A stretch of 64,000 bases of DNA from a virus (IMGVR_UViG_3300020047_007580); one strand, 5' to 3'. Shown: positions 18,456-27,891, counted from the stretch's first letter. Notes: a model not told the origin generated them from the letters alone. Translations and numbers: made by a program.

Positions 18456-18863
18456 ATGAGTGATAAATCATATGTAGGAATGGGATTTTTAGTTTGTCCT
18501 GTTACCGGAGAAAAGCATTCTGAATCTGTATTACTAGATAAAAGCATGAAAGATCGTCTTGAAAAAGAAAATTTTATGGGATATGCTTATTCTCCAGAAG
18601 TAGATGCTAAAATAAAAGCAGGCTATGTTTGTTTGATTGAGGTCAAGAATGATCACAATGAAGTTGAAAAAATAAGTATGAAAGATGCAGATAGAACTGG
18701 AGTTTACTGTTTTGTTAAAAAAGAACTTGTTAAAGACATGTTTGGAAGTAAAGGCGATATTGAAGAAGTTCAATTTATTACTGAAGAAGTTACCCAGTTC
18801 TTGTCAAATTTAAAAAATAAAATTGAATCTGATGGAGGAAAAGATAAAGAGCCAGAGATTTAA
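18456..18863 (+). CDS. hypothetical protein (135 aa)
   Basis: ORF only. Confidence 0.5.
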   Translation: MSDKSYVGMGFLVCPVTGEKHSESVLLDKSMKDRLEKENFMGYAYSPEVDAKIKAGYVCLIEVKNDHNEVEKISMKDADRTGVYCFVKKELVKDMFGSKGDIEEVQFITEEVTQFLSNLKNKIESDGGKDKEPEI

Positions 18864-19146
18864 TATAGGAAAAATTAAATGGTCTTTAGTGCATTTCAAG
18901 TCTATTGAATGCATGGTCGAAGTACTAATGTTTGGAGCAAAAAAATATTCTCCAGACAATTGGAAAATAGGTCTAAATCTTAAAGAAATTGAAGACAGTA
19001 TGCAAAGACATTTAGCGTCATTAATTGATGGAGAAATTAAAGATCCTGAGTCTGGATTATATCATATAGGACATATAATGTGTAATTGCATGTTTTGGAT
19101 GTATCACTACGTTAAAAACAAAAACGATGTTCAAGAAAAGACTTGA
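18823..19146 (+). CDS. possible NTP pyrophosphohydrolase-like protein (107 aa)
   Basis: Pattern KYSPDNWK...HLASL..GE..DPESG..H..H resembles the dATP/dGTP diphosphohydrolase N-terminal domain. Weak, by eye only. Confidence 0.35.
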   Translation: MNLMEEKIKSQRFNIGKIKWSLVHFKSIECMVEVLMFGAKKYSPDNWKIGLNLKEIEDSMQRHLASLIDGEIKDPESGLYHIGHIMCNCMFWMYHYVKNKNDVQEKT

Positions 19147-19381
19147 GAAAGATTTAAAATTTGTAAATATAGGAAAAGATATAATAGCCGTTCCGGGTAG
19201 AACGTTCTTATGTATTAAAGACGTAATAATGGAACGTAGCGGCCAAGTAGCCTACACTAAAGGCAATATATACAGATCTGAATCAAAAGGAAATCTAACA
19301 GACGACGACGGACAAACTGATCACGGAGCACCAAATGAATTTTTAGCAGAGTATTTCCAAGTAAAAATGTATAATAAATAA
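19127..19381 (+). CDS. hypothetical protein (84 aa), N-terminal MFKKR motif
   Basis: ORF only. Confidence 0.4.
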   Translation: MFKKRLEKDLKFVNIGKDIIAVPGRTFLCIKDVIMERSGQVAYTKGNIYRSESKGNLTDDDGQTDHGAPNEFLAEYFQVKMYNK

Positions 19382-19391
19382 AACAAAAAAA

Positions 19392-19637
19392 ATGAAGAGA
19401 ATTTTCAGGTTATTGTTTGGATTTAATCCAAAAGCACTTCGCGAAGAGTCAATTAAGGCTTTAAGCGCTTTTAACGAAACGTTAGAAAAATTAAAAAGTC
19501 TTAGCGATAGAGCTAACGAAGAAGTTTCTAAAAAATCTTTAGAGATCAGCGAGATTGAAGATGATATCGCAATGTTGCAATCTATTAAAGTAAACAATGA
19601 CAAAATCATTGCTAATATTGAGAAAATTCTTAATTAA
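19392..19637 (+). CDS. hypothetical protein (81 aa)
   Basis: ORF only. Confidence 0.4.
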   Translation: MKRIFRLLFGFNPKALREESIKALSAFNETLEKLKSLSDRANEEVSKKSLEISEIEDDIAMLQSIKVNNDKIIANIEKILN

Positions 19638-20326
19638 TGGTTGCTGAGTTAATTTCCAAAAGTGTTGGCGTAAACAGTTACGTCAACCTTGATGGAGCTC
19701 AGATTATTGCAGCTGTAGCCAGACATGGAACTATTAAAGATGACAATGGTAAATTGATTGCTTTTTTAATGAATCATAAACATTGGTCTCCATTGCAACA
19801 CATCTTTTTTGGATTCAAAGTAACTACAAGTAGAGCAATATCTGCACAGATATTCAGACACAGATCCCTTAATTTTCAAGAAACATCTCAAAGGTATGAA
19901 GAAATTCCAAGCAATGAAGATATAGAATTGAGAATGGAACATGCTACTAATAGACAAAGTAGTACTGATGTTTTTGATCCTGTATTAACAATTAAAGACA
20001 TATTTGACGAGCCAGATGAAGATTATACTCAGTTGGCAAGTTATGCGATAAAAGAACACCTAGAAAGAGGTCAAGCTCTTTACAAGTCATTAATTAATGC
20101 AGGCGTGGCCAAAGAATGCGCTAGAATGATCTTACCTATGTCTAGTACAACTACTATTCATATCAGTGGAACGTTGCGTGATTTGCTTGGATTCTTAAAC
20201 GTTAGAGCTGATAAACATACGCAAAAAGAATGTCGTGATATAGCATTAGCAATAGGTGCTGAAATTGAAAAAGAATTGCCTCAAATGTTTAGAAACATTG
20301 AATGGCAAGAAGGAATGTTTATGTAA
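19637..20326 (+). CDS. thyX: FAD-dependent thymidylate synthase ThyX
   Basis: ThyX signature RHRSLNFQETSQRY (RHR-x7-S), plus HWSPLQH and the typical length. Confidence 0.85.
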   Translation: MVAELISKSVGVNSYVNLDGAQIIAAVARHGTIKDDNGKLIAFLMNHKHWSPLQHIFFGFKVTTSRAISAQIFRHRSLNFQETSQRYEEIPSNEDIELRMEHATNRQSSTDVFDPVLTIKDIFDEPDEDYTQLASYAIKEHLERGQALYKSLINAGVAKECARMILPMSSTTTIHISGTLRDLLGFLNVRADKHTQKECRDIALAIGAEIEKELPQMFRNIEWQEGMFM

Positions 20327-20343
20327 TCTTTAAATAAATAAAA

Positions 20344-20643
20344 ATGAATGAAAATCTTTTAGTAAAAAAGAAAAAAGTAGAAGAACAAGTACCTGTGTTT
20401 GAACATTCAAGTCCGGACATAAATGATGCAATTGGAATTCCTGGACTAATAAATGGAATATCTGAAAAAATGAGTAAATTAGTTACTGATCAAAGTGTAA
20501 CTTCTCCTTCAAGAGCAGTTGAGTATTTTTACAATAATTTTACTTTAATTGAACTATCTTTTATGGCTATGCATTCTCTTGGAAGACCTAATGATGATAA
20601 GCCAAAAGATGACGGATCTGTAGATTTCGAAGAAGTAGTATAA
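20344..20643 (+). CDS. hypothetical protein (99 aa)
   Basis: ORF only. Confidence 0.45.
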   Translation: MNENLLVKKKKVEEQVPVFEHSSPDINDAIGIPGLINGISEKMSKLVTDQSVTSPSRAVEYFYNNFTLIELSFMAMHSLGRPNDDKPKDDGSVDFEEVV

Positions 20644-20659
20644 TTAAATACATTAAATC

Positions 20660-21421
20660 ATGATATTACCAAAAAAGAAAAGGCCCGCTATTAGAATTGA
20701 CCCAAAAAGATTGTTATTGTTTGGCCCTCCTAAGATAGGAAAAACAACAATTGTATCTGCATTGGAAGATTCATTAATAGTGGATATGGAAGAGGGTTCG
20801 GATTATGTAGAAGCAGCAGTGGCTAAAGTAAAAAGCCTTGCTGAATTCGCAGAGCTAATTAAGGCTTTAAAAGAAGACAAAGAAGCTAATAATGGTAGAA
20901 AGCCCTACAAGTACATAACTCTTGATACGTTATCTGCATTAGAGGATTTAGCATGTCAACTTGCTGTTAAAGACTACAAAAAGTCTCCTATGGGAGCAAA
21001 TTACACCGGAACAGACGTTAGAACTTTACCAAATGGAGCAGGATATGCTTGGACAAGACCTGCATTTGAGAGAATGTTGAAATCTTTTGAACCATTTTGT
21101 GAAACATTAATAATGATTGGACATATCAAAGAGAAAGACTTTACTAAAAATGGAGAAACTCTTACTGAAAAGTCAATCAACCTTACCGGTAAAACTAAAG
21201 ATAGTATTTGTGCGTGGGCTGATAGCATTGGATTAGTTTTCAGGGATGAAAACAAAACAATGATTGATTTTATGCCATCTGAAAGTCTTTTAGTTGGAAG
21301 CAGACAAGTTCACTTACGAGGAGCAAAAGTTTGTATTGCTACAAGCAATGAAAAAAATGAAATTTCTGTAGACTGGACAACAGTTTTTGTTGAAGGAGCC
21401 AGAACAGACGTACAAGATTAA
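20660..21421 (+). CDS. AAA_24/Sak4-like RecA-fold ATPase (recombination)
   Basis: Walker A LLFGPPKIGKTT near the N-terminus and Walker B YITLDT. About 250 aa, as is typical of Sak4-like proteins. Confidence 0.55.
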   Translation: MILPKKKRPAIRIDPKRLLLFGPPKIGKTTIVSALEDSLIVDMEEGSDYVEAAVAKVKSLAEFAELIKALKEDKEANNGRKPYKYITLDTLSALEDLACQLAVKDYKKSPMGANYTGTDVRTLPNGAGYAWTRPAFERMLKSFEPFCETLIMIGHIKEKDFTKNGETLTEKSINLTGKTKDSICAWADSIGLVFRDENKTMIDFMPSESLLVGSRQVHLRGAKVCIATSNEKNEISVDWTTVFVEGARTDVQD

Positions 21422-21456
21422 AAATAAAATAATAAAAAAAATTAAAACAAATAGTT

Positions 21457-22191
21457 ATGATAAACATAGTATTCGGAACGATTAGAAAAGCAGGTAGAGA
21501 CTTTACGTCAAATGAGAAATATGCTGGAAAAGCTGTAATTACAGTTGAAGGTATTAAAGGAGAGGGTAAATCAAGAAGAATATTATTTAACAATACCTCT
21601 ATGGAGTTATTGAAAATTCCTGCCGGCGCGCAGCAAAATATAATTTTTGGATTTATAGAAGCTGACGATTCAGTGAATAGACGACTTTTAGTTGCAAATG
21701 CAGACTTACTTCCTGGAAAAGAGGAAACTGTAGTTTACAATGTATCTAAAAACAAAGTATCTTACGAAGATAGCAAAGAAAAAGGAAAAGCTATTGCGAG
21801 TTCTGTTTTGCACAAAGAAATTAATTCTTTCTTAGAAGTTGATGAAAATTCAACTCATGAATATTCATTAGTTTTCTTTGGAGAAAACGCCGGATTAGAT
21901 CTTTATGAATTAGTTAAACTTAATCTTGAAGAAGACGGAAAATCTATTAATGATTTAGTTGAGAATCCACTATCTTACAATGCACACAATCAAGATGACT
22001 TAATGAATGCTTCATTAGATATTGAAGGAGTTACTCCTTCTGACTTAAACGCTTCTATTTTAGAAGAAAATGAATTAGTAGAAGACACTAAAATTGAAGA
22101 AACTGAAGAAGCTGAAGAACCTTCTTACAGTATTGATAATTCATACTCTGAAGAATCAGAAGATTGGGATACTTCAATTTCCTCTAATTAA
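21457..22191 (+). CDS. hypothetical protein with acidic C-terminal tail (candidate ssDNA-binding/annealing protein)
   Basis: The C-terminal 40 aa are rich in E, D and S and end ...SEDWDTSISSN. Sits next to the Sak4-like gene. Confidence 0.45.
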   Translation: MINIVFGTIRKAGRDFTSNEKYAGKAVITVEGIKGEGKSRRILFNNTSMELLKIPAGAQQNIIFGFIEADDSVNRRLLVANADLLPGKEETVVYNVSKNKVSYEDSKEKGKAIASSVLHKEINSFLEVDENSTHEYSLVFFGENAGLDLYELVKLNLEEDGKSINDLVENPLSYNAHNQDDLMNASLDIEGVTPSDLNASILEENELVEDTKIEETEEAEEPSYSIDNSYSEESEDWDTSISSN

Positions 22192-22242
22192 TTAGAGGTT
22201 TTTAGTAAAAAAAATAATTAATTCATATTAAAAAATAAAAGT

Positions 22243-23142
22243 ATGTCATCATTTGGAAAAAGTATTGAAGTAAAAGAAGGCGGAGCAAGAGTATATTACA
22301 CAGGAGTAAACAACTTCGATGTTATTGCAGTTAATCCGACTAAAGAAGAATTGGGAAAAATTTATGGAAGAGACGTAGATTATGATCCGGAATACGTAGG
22401 GACAACTAAGGTATCTGATGCTGCAGGAGAAAGAGAAGTTAATCAAGTTAGAATTGATTTTTACTTAAGAAACGAAGCTGATAAAATAAACGTAAAAGCA
22501 TCTTTTTATCTTGCAGACACTTATCATAAATCAGCTACAGGTAAGTTAAAAGTAATAAATGACTTTGGTAATACTACTTGGTTAACCGAGACTGATGTCA
22601 AAGGAGGAAATGCTCCTGAAAATATGAGCTGGTACAACATGAGTGGAGTTAAAGTTGCAAAAAGAGGAGAAGAAGAAATTATTGATTTCTTAAAAAATTT
22701 ACTAAACCTTCCTATGGACTTGAGTAAACTTACAGATTTATCTGAGGCTCATGCAAAATTTCCTAAAGAAATATTAACCTCTATGTTCAAAGGAGATGTT
22801 TCTTTATTGAAACAAATTGTAGATTCAAGCAATAATAAAATCGGTATTTTGCTAGGTGTAAAAACAAATGCAGAAGGAAAAATTATGCAAGCAGTTTACA
22901 CTAAGAAGACTCTTAGACAGTATGTACTTCATTCTACAAAAGCAGATAAGTTTAAATACATTCAAAAAGATTTAGCTGATGCTAAAGCAAATGGAGCTTA
23001 CGGAAACGTAGACTTTGGAAAATCAGATCTAATTTTTAGAGAATTTGTAATTACTCCTACTGAGATTTCTACAGAAAATTTACCGGCTGAAGAGGACGCA
23101 TTTCCTTCTTCAGAACCAGAAGAAGAAGACTGGTTGAACTAA
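22243..23142 (+). CDS. hypothetical protein with acidic C-terminal tail (candidate SSB/SSAP)
   Basis: C-terminus ...EEDAFPSSEPEEEDWLN, followed by a G5/C5 hairpin. Confidence 0.45.
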   Translation: MSSFGKSIEVKEGGARVYYTGVNNFDVIAVNPTKEELGKIYGRDVDYDPEYVGTTKVSDAAGEREVNQVRIDFYLRNEADKINVKASFYLADTYHKSATGKLKVINDFGNTTWLTETDVKGGNAPENMSWYNMSGVKVAKRGEEEIIDFLKNLLNLPMDLSKLTDLSEAHAKFPKEILTSMFKGDVSLLKQIVDSSNNKIGILLGVKTNAEGKIMQAVYTKKTLRQYVLHSTKADKFKYIQKDLADAKANGAYGNVDFGKSDLIFREFVITPTEISTENLPAEEDAFPSSEPEEEDWLN

Positions 23143-23179
23143 TATTAACGGGGGAGAAATCCCCCATTAATTAAATTGT

Positions 23180-23467
23180 ATGTTAAAAAAAAGAAAAGAA
23201 CGCGAAATAACTAAAGTAGAATTTAATCCAGATTTATTACTTGATTATAACGAAGATTTTTTGTTAAAAAATTTAAAAATTCTTTATCCAGTAGGAACAA
23301 TAGTAGATCAAACTACAGCTTATACTGCAGGATTAAAATCTGTTGAAATTAAATCTAATTTGCTTGAATATTCAGTAAATGAAAAAGGAACTAATATAGC
23401 ATTTGGAGGAGTTGGAATTTGGCATTCAAAACATAAAAAACTAGCTAAAATAATAAGTGATGTTTAA
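23180..23467 (+). CDS. small protein, KKRKE N-terminal family (95 aa)
   Basis: N-terminus MLKKRKERE. Paralogous to the gene at 23457 (shared YPVGTIV..TAYTAGLK and YKVGQYV..CCTAGGLR). Confidence 0.5.
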   Translation: MLKKRKEREITKVEFNPDLLLDYNEDFLLKNLKILYPVGTIVDQTTAYTAGLKSVEIKSNLLEYSVNEKGTNIAFGGVGIWHSKHKKLAKIISDV

Positions 23468-23783
23468 AAAAAGAGAAGAAAATAAAAAATATTCTGAAGA
23501 GAATTCTTTGTTAATAAAATTTTTAGACTTACAGACTAACGAATTTATAACTAAATTTATTAGAGAAAAGTATAAAGTAGGGCAATATGTTAATGTATCT
23601 TCTTGTTGTACTGCCGGAGGATTAAGAGTAAAAATTTTAAACGACAGTGTTGATATTTCTAGAAATCCTGGATATACTAAAATTTACATTGGAACAGCTA
23701 AAGTATGGGACAATGAAAAAACAAAATTTGGTAATTTTTTAGGAAAATCAATATTAGCTAAATTAGCTAAAATTACACCATGA
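23457..23783 (+). CDS. small protein, KKRKE N-terminal family (108 aa)
   Basis: N-terminus MFKKREENKK. Paralog of the gene at 23180. Confidence 0.5.
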   Translation: MMFKKREENKKYSEENSLLIKFLDLQTNEFITKFIREKYKVGQYVNVSSCCTAGGLRVKILNDSVDISRNPGYTKIYIGTAKVWDNEKTKFGNFLGKSILAKLAKITP

Positions 23784-24823
23784 TGGGATTCAAAAACAGA
23801 GAATTTAAAAATCTCCCAACAGAAAATGACATATTAGGACTTGTTACTGATATTGATATATTTTCATTTTACTTAGGAGGAATACCTAAAAAGTTAATTT
23901 GTAGCCCATTAAGGAATGACAAAGTACCTTCTTTTGGACTATTTCGAAGTGATAAGTACAATAAGACATTATACAAGGATTTTGCTAATGGCGAATCTGG
24001 TAATTGCTTTGTGTTTGTAAAAAAACTATTTAATTTATCAAAAATTACCGATGCGTATGTAAGAGTAGCTTCTGACTTTTTAATGACTCAATTTGAAACT
24101 ACAATTCCAATTACTTTTTCAGGACTTAAAAGTTACGTATCAGATAGCAATAAAGGCAGAATTGAAAAAGACAAAATTGAAATTAAAGTTAAAGTAAGGC
24201 CATGGGATAATAGAGATAGAGAGTACTGGTTCTTAAAATACGGAATAAACATTTCCCTTTTAAGAGAATGCCAAGTATATCCTATCTCTCATTATTTCCT
24301 TAATTCTTATTGCACAAAAGTCACTGGACTTGCTTATGCATTTGTAGAAAATAAAGATGGCAAGCAAACATATAAAATTTATCAGCCGTTTGGAGAGAAT
24401 AAGTGGATTAATAATAACAATTATTCAGTTTGGGAACTATGGACCCAAATGCCGGCAACAGGCAAAACGCTTATAATAACATCTAGCAGAAAAGACGCTA
24501 TGGTAATTAAGAGTTTATTCCTGCCTTCTGATGTAACTTCATGTTCACTTCAAGGAGAAAATTTTAAACCAAAAATGATAGTCATGGAGGAATTGACAGC
24601 AAGGTTTGACAAAACATTAATTTTATACGACAATGACAAAACAAAGAAAGAGAATTGGGGTAAAATTGCAGCAGCTAAAATTTGTAGAGAATACTCTGAA
24701 CTTGGCATTAAGCAAATTGAGATTCCTGATATTTATGATGAAAAAGACATTTCGGATTACAGAGAAATCCACGGTAAAGAAAAATCGTTCAATCTGTTAA
24801 CTTATTTAATCAATGCTTGTTAA
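23780..24823 (+). CDS. Toprim-domain protein, putative DNA primase
   Basis: C-terminal ...LILYDNDKTKKENWG (DxD of Toprim) preceded by ITSSRKDAMV. Replication-gene neighbourhood. Confidence 0.4.
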   Translation: MMGFKNREFKNLPTENDILGLVTDIDIFSFYLGGIPKKLICSPLRNDKVPSFGLFRSDKYNKTLYKDFANGESGNCFVFVKKLFNLSKITDAYVRVASDFLMTQFETTIPITFSGLKSYVSDSNKGRIEKDKIEIKVKVRPWDNRDREYWFLKYGINISLLRECQVYPISHYFLNSYCTKVTGLAYAFVENKDGKQTYKIYQPFGENKWINNNNYSVWELWTQMPATGKTLIITSSRKDAMVIKSLFLPSDVTSCSLQGENFKPKMIVMEELTARFDKTLILYDNDKTKKENWGKIAAAKICREYSELGIKQIEIPDIYDEKDISDYREIHGKEKSFNLLTYLINAC

Positions 24824-25043
24824 AAGAAAAGAAAAAAAAGAATACTCAATTAATTTAGAAGGCATAAATTTTAAACATATTGCTAGAGACGGAGTATATA
24901 AAATTTCAAGCAAAGTGACAAAAAGCATTTTTAGAATATCTTGGGTTAAAAACGAAATTTTTAATTCTTCAGGATGGGTAGATTATTCTAAAGAAAAAAT
25001 AATTCAAAACTTTAAAAAAAAAGTATGGATAATAGTTTCTTAA
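24813..25043 (+). CDS. small protein, KKRKE N-terminal family (76 aa)
   Basis: N-terminus MLVKRKEKKEY. Confidence 0.4.
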   Translation: MLVKRKEKKEYSINLEGINFKHIARDGVYKISSKVTKSIFRISWVKNEIFNSSGWVDYSKEKIIQNFKKKVWIIVS

Positions 25044-25333
25044 AAAAAAGAAAAGAAAGAAATATGCCTAAGATAAGCATATCTCCAATTACAATGTGTA
25101 AAATGTTTTTTAAAGAAGGAGTTGTTTTCAACAACTCAAACACTCTTGGAGTAAAAAGACAGGATACAAAAGTTGGAATTATTTCAGAATTTAAAGAGTT
25201 TTCTGATGGATCCGTACAAATTACATTTTTAAATGAACGAACACTAGAGGCTGAAACTTGGACAATCTATAAAAACGGGGAATACGCTAAAATAGTAGAA
25301 TATAACAAAATAATTTTAAAAACAAAAAAATAA
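25025..25333 (+). CDS. small protein, KKRKE family (102 aa)
   Basis: N-terminus MDNSFLKKRKERN. Confidence 0.45.
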   Translation: MDNSFLKKRKERNMPKISISPITMCKMFFKEGVVFNNSNTLGVKRQDTKVGIISEFKEFSDGSVQITFLNERTLEAETWTIYKNGEYAKIVEYNKIILKTKK

Positions 25334-25341
25334 AAAAAAAG

Positions 25342-26382
25342 ATGAATACAAGAGTAATTGACACAAATTTAATTAAGAAAGAGGAAGTATTTAGAATTTT
25401 AGCATTGGCAGAAGCAACCGGCTTAGCAATGTTACTAATCGGGCCTCCGGGAGTTGCAAAAACCGCGTCAGTTATTGACTACGCTAAAGCTGCCGGTAAT
25501 GGAACTCTAGCAAATGATGAGTTATTTATCTTAGAAACAGATGAAGGAACAAAATCAACAGCCGTTAAAGGCAATATTGATTTAGAGGAGCTTACTCTTA
25601 ATCAGAAATACAAAGTAATTTCTCCAATTACTAAAGCAAAATTTGTTGTCATAAATGAGGTAGACAAAGCTTCTGCATCATTAAGAAATTCATTATTAGG
25701 AGTAATGAATGAAAAAGTATTGTTTAATGGTAAGGATGCGGTTCCTTGTGATTGGAATGTATTTGTTGCTACTTGTAATAAAATACCTGAAGATGAAATA
25801 GGATCTCCATTTTGGGATAGATTTATGATCACTTTTGAAGTTGAAAGAGTTCGTCAAAGTGATATAATGGATTATTACTCAAAAGGAGCAAAAGCTTTTA
25901 AAAAGAAAAACACAATTAATCTTCCGTCACCTCAAGATATTGCAGCAATAACACTTAATTCTGCTAAATTAGGAAAGGTAGTTGATTTAGCTTACGCTAA
26001 GTTATCTGATAGAACTTTATCTTATCTTCCGACACTTGTGAAAAATATTATGGTTGTTTACAATTGTGCTGAAAATGGAGCTTTAATTAAAGCTGTAGAA
26101 TTGTTGATTGGAAAAGCAGAAGCCAATGTATTGGCTAAATCTTTAGTTCCTCAAGAATTAAGACTAATCTATGATAAAATAGATATGCTTGCAGCCTCTT
26201 CTGATTATAATGAGTATTCTCGCATTACAGACGAGATTAACTTAATGACAGTTGATTTGATGAATAAAGGTAAATTGTCTGATGTAGATAAAGACGACAT
26301 TCAAAACAAATATGAACAAGCTCAAGACAAACTTGAATTCTTAGTAGAAGATGACACCGTAACAAGCGATGACGAATTTTAA
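25342..26382 (+). CDS. MoxR-like AAA+ ATPase
   Basis: Walker A LLIGPPGVAKT, Walker B VVINEVDKA, and an AAA lid-like C-terminal region. Confidence 0.7.
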   Translation: MNTRVIDTNLIKKEEVFRILALAEATGLAMLLIGPPGVAKTASVIDYAKAAGNGTLANDELFILETDEGTKSTAVKGNIDLEELTLNQKYKVISPITKAKFVVINEVDKASASLRNSLLGVMNEKVLFNGKDAVPCDWNVFVATCNKIPEDEIGSPFWDRFMITFEVERVRQSDIMDYYSKGAKAFKKKNTINLPSPQDIAAITLNSAKLGKVVDLAYAKLSDRTLSYLPTLVKNIMVVYNCAENGALIKAVELLIGKAEANVLAKSLVPQELRLIYDKIDMLAASSDYNEYSRITDEINLMTVDLMNKGKLSDVDKDDIQNKYEQAQDKLEFLVEDDTVTSDDEF

Positions 26383-26399
26383 TTTTAAAAAAAAAATAA

Positions 26400-27875
26400 A
26401 TGAGTTTCTTAAAAAAAGGAAATAAAAAAAAAGCGGAGTCAACAGCTCCGCTTAAAAAATTCTATGATCCTTATGAAGAATCAGGCGGATTATTAAAAAA
26501 AATTAGAAAAGAAGTAATTCTCCCAGGAGTTACTAATTACGAAGAGGCAAAACTTAGTAAAATTCATGATTATATTGAATTAAAAACAGGAAAGCCATCT
26601 ACACTTCCTCAACACATGCTTAACGATGTTTATAGTATGTATGTTAATAGAGATATAAAAAAAAAGGCAGTAACTAAATACAATTCTATTAAACAAAAAG
26701 TTATTGATTCAACTTATAATTCTTTGACAAAAATGGTTGCTAAGGATTCGGTATTGTTTTCTCAAATTGTAACTAGAGAGATTTCTCTTTATATGCAACA
26801 AGTTCAAGACCTAATAGAAGAAGAAACCAAAGATGAAAATGGAAACAAAAGCGGAATCCCTGGACTGGACCAAGAAGGTGAAGATGATGTCTCTGGCTCA
26901 GGAAGCGGTCAAGGCGGTCAAGGGCAAGGTGACGGAGAAGGCGATGAAAACGACGGTAACGGAGATTCTAGCGGAAATGGAAATCCTGCAGGCGGAACTG
27001 GCGCTGGTAAGGGCCCTTCATCGGGAGGGCCAGCCCCAAAAGGGTTTGAGAAAAAAGTTGAAGATATCATTAAGCAAAACCAAAGCAAGTTAGATCAAGC
27101 AATGAAGAATGCCGAGAAAGAAATCAAAGAAATTGAAGAATTACTAGGTAAAGAAGCTGCTAAAGAACTAAGTGATACTGACGCTAACTTTCTTGAAGAT
27201 TTTAACAGGCTTAAGGAATTATTGAAAAAAGTTACTTTTAATAAAGACAATATCAAAAATGTATTGATGAAGATTCTTAATAAATCTCAAAACTATTTTT
27301 CTAAAAATGCAATAACAGTTGAAGAAAGTATCTTTGATGCTGACGAACTTGACGAGTTATTTGGGCTTGAGTATCTTCATCCTATTTTTAGGAATGCAGG
27401 AATAATGGATATTGGCAATGAAGGTAAAATTTATACCGGTAAAATTGACTTGTATTTAGATTGTTCTGGATCGATGAGTTCTACCGCAAATTTTGGAGGA
27501 GTTAATATTAAAATGTCTGAATTAGTTAAAGGAATAGCAATCATTCTTTACAGGATGAATATGATTGATAAGTTGTATTTCTTTGATACAAGAATATATG
27601 AAATTAAAAACATAAATGAATTTACAATACTTTCTTTTGACAGAAGCGGAGGTACAAATTTTAACTTAGTTGTTGATCAAGCTTTATCTAATAAAAGAAA
27701 TTCAGTTATAATAACTGACGGAGAAGATGGTGTTAGTAAATATGCTAAAAATGTGTTTTGGATAGGAATTGGCGGAACAAAGTTTTCTAGAAATGACGAG
27801 TTCAAAACATATAGAGCAATAAGACAGTGCGTTACTTATAATCCGTCAACTACAAATTTCGACTATTGTAAATAA
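26400..27875 (+). CDS. VWA (von Willebrand factor A) domain protein with Gly/Asp/Glu-rich linker
   Basis: MIDAS motif DCSGSMSS at ~27459-27480, followed by ...SFDRSGGTNF and ...ITDGED. Low-complexity GSGSGQGGQGQGDGEGDENDGNGDSSGNG segment. Confidence 0.7.
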   Translation: MSFLKKGNKKKAESTAPLKKFYDPYEESGGLLKKIRKEVILPGVTNYEEAKLSKIHDYIELKTGKPSTLPQHMLNDVYSMYVNRDIKKKAVTKYNSIKQKVIDSTYNSLTKMVAKDSVLFSQIVTREISLYMQQVQDLIEEETKDENGNKSGIPGLDQEGEDDVSGSGSGQGGQGQGDGEGDENDGNGDSSGNGNPAGGTGAGKGPSSGGPAPKGFEKKVEDIIKQNQSKLDQAMKNAEKEIKEIEELLGKEAAKELSDTDANFLEDFNRLKELLKKVTFNKDNIKNVLMKILNKSQNYFSKNAITVEESIFDADELDELFGLEYLHPIFRNAGIMDIGNEGKIYTGKIDLYLDCSGSMSSTANFGGVNIKMSELVKGIAIILYRMNMIDKLYFFDTRIYEIKNINEFTILSFDRSGGTNFNLVVDQALSNKRNSVIITDGEDGVSKYAKNVFWIGIGGTKFSRNDEFKTYRAIRQCVTYNPSTTNFDYCK

Positions 27876-27891
27876 TTAAAAGCATATATAA

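Noticed and set aside
23150-23165. GGGGGAGAAATCCCCC hairpin after gene 22243-23142 as a terminator
   Set aside because: It has a perfect G5/C5 stem but no following T-run (ATTAATTAAATT). It may be a structural or processing hairpin rather than an intrinsic terminator, so not listed as a feature.
26833-27093. Alternative-frame 86-aa ORF inside the VWA gene
   Set aside because: It arises from the low-complexity GGT/GAA-rich linker. The main frame carries the VWA motifs.
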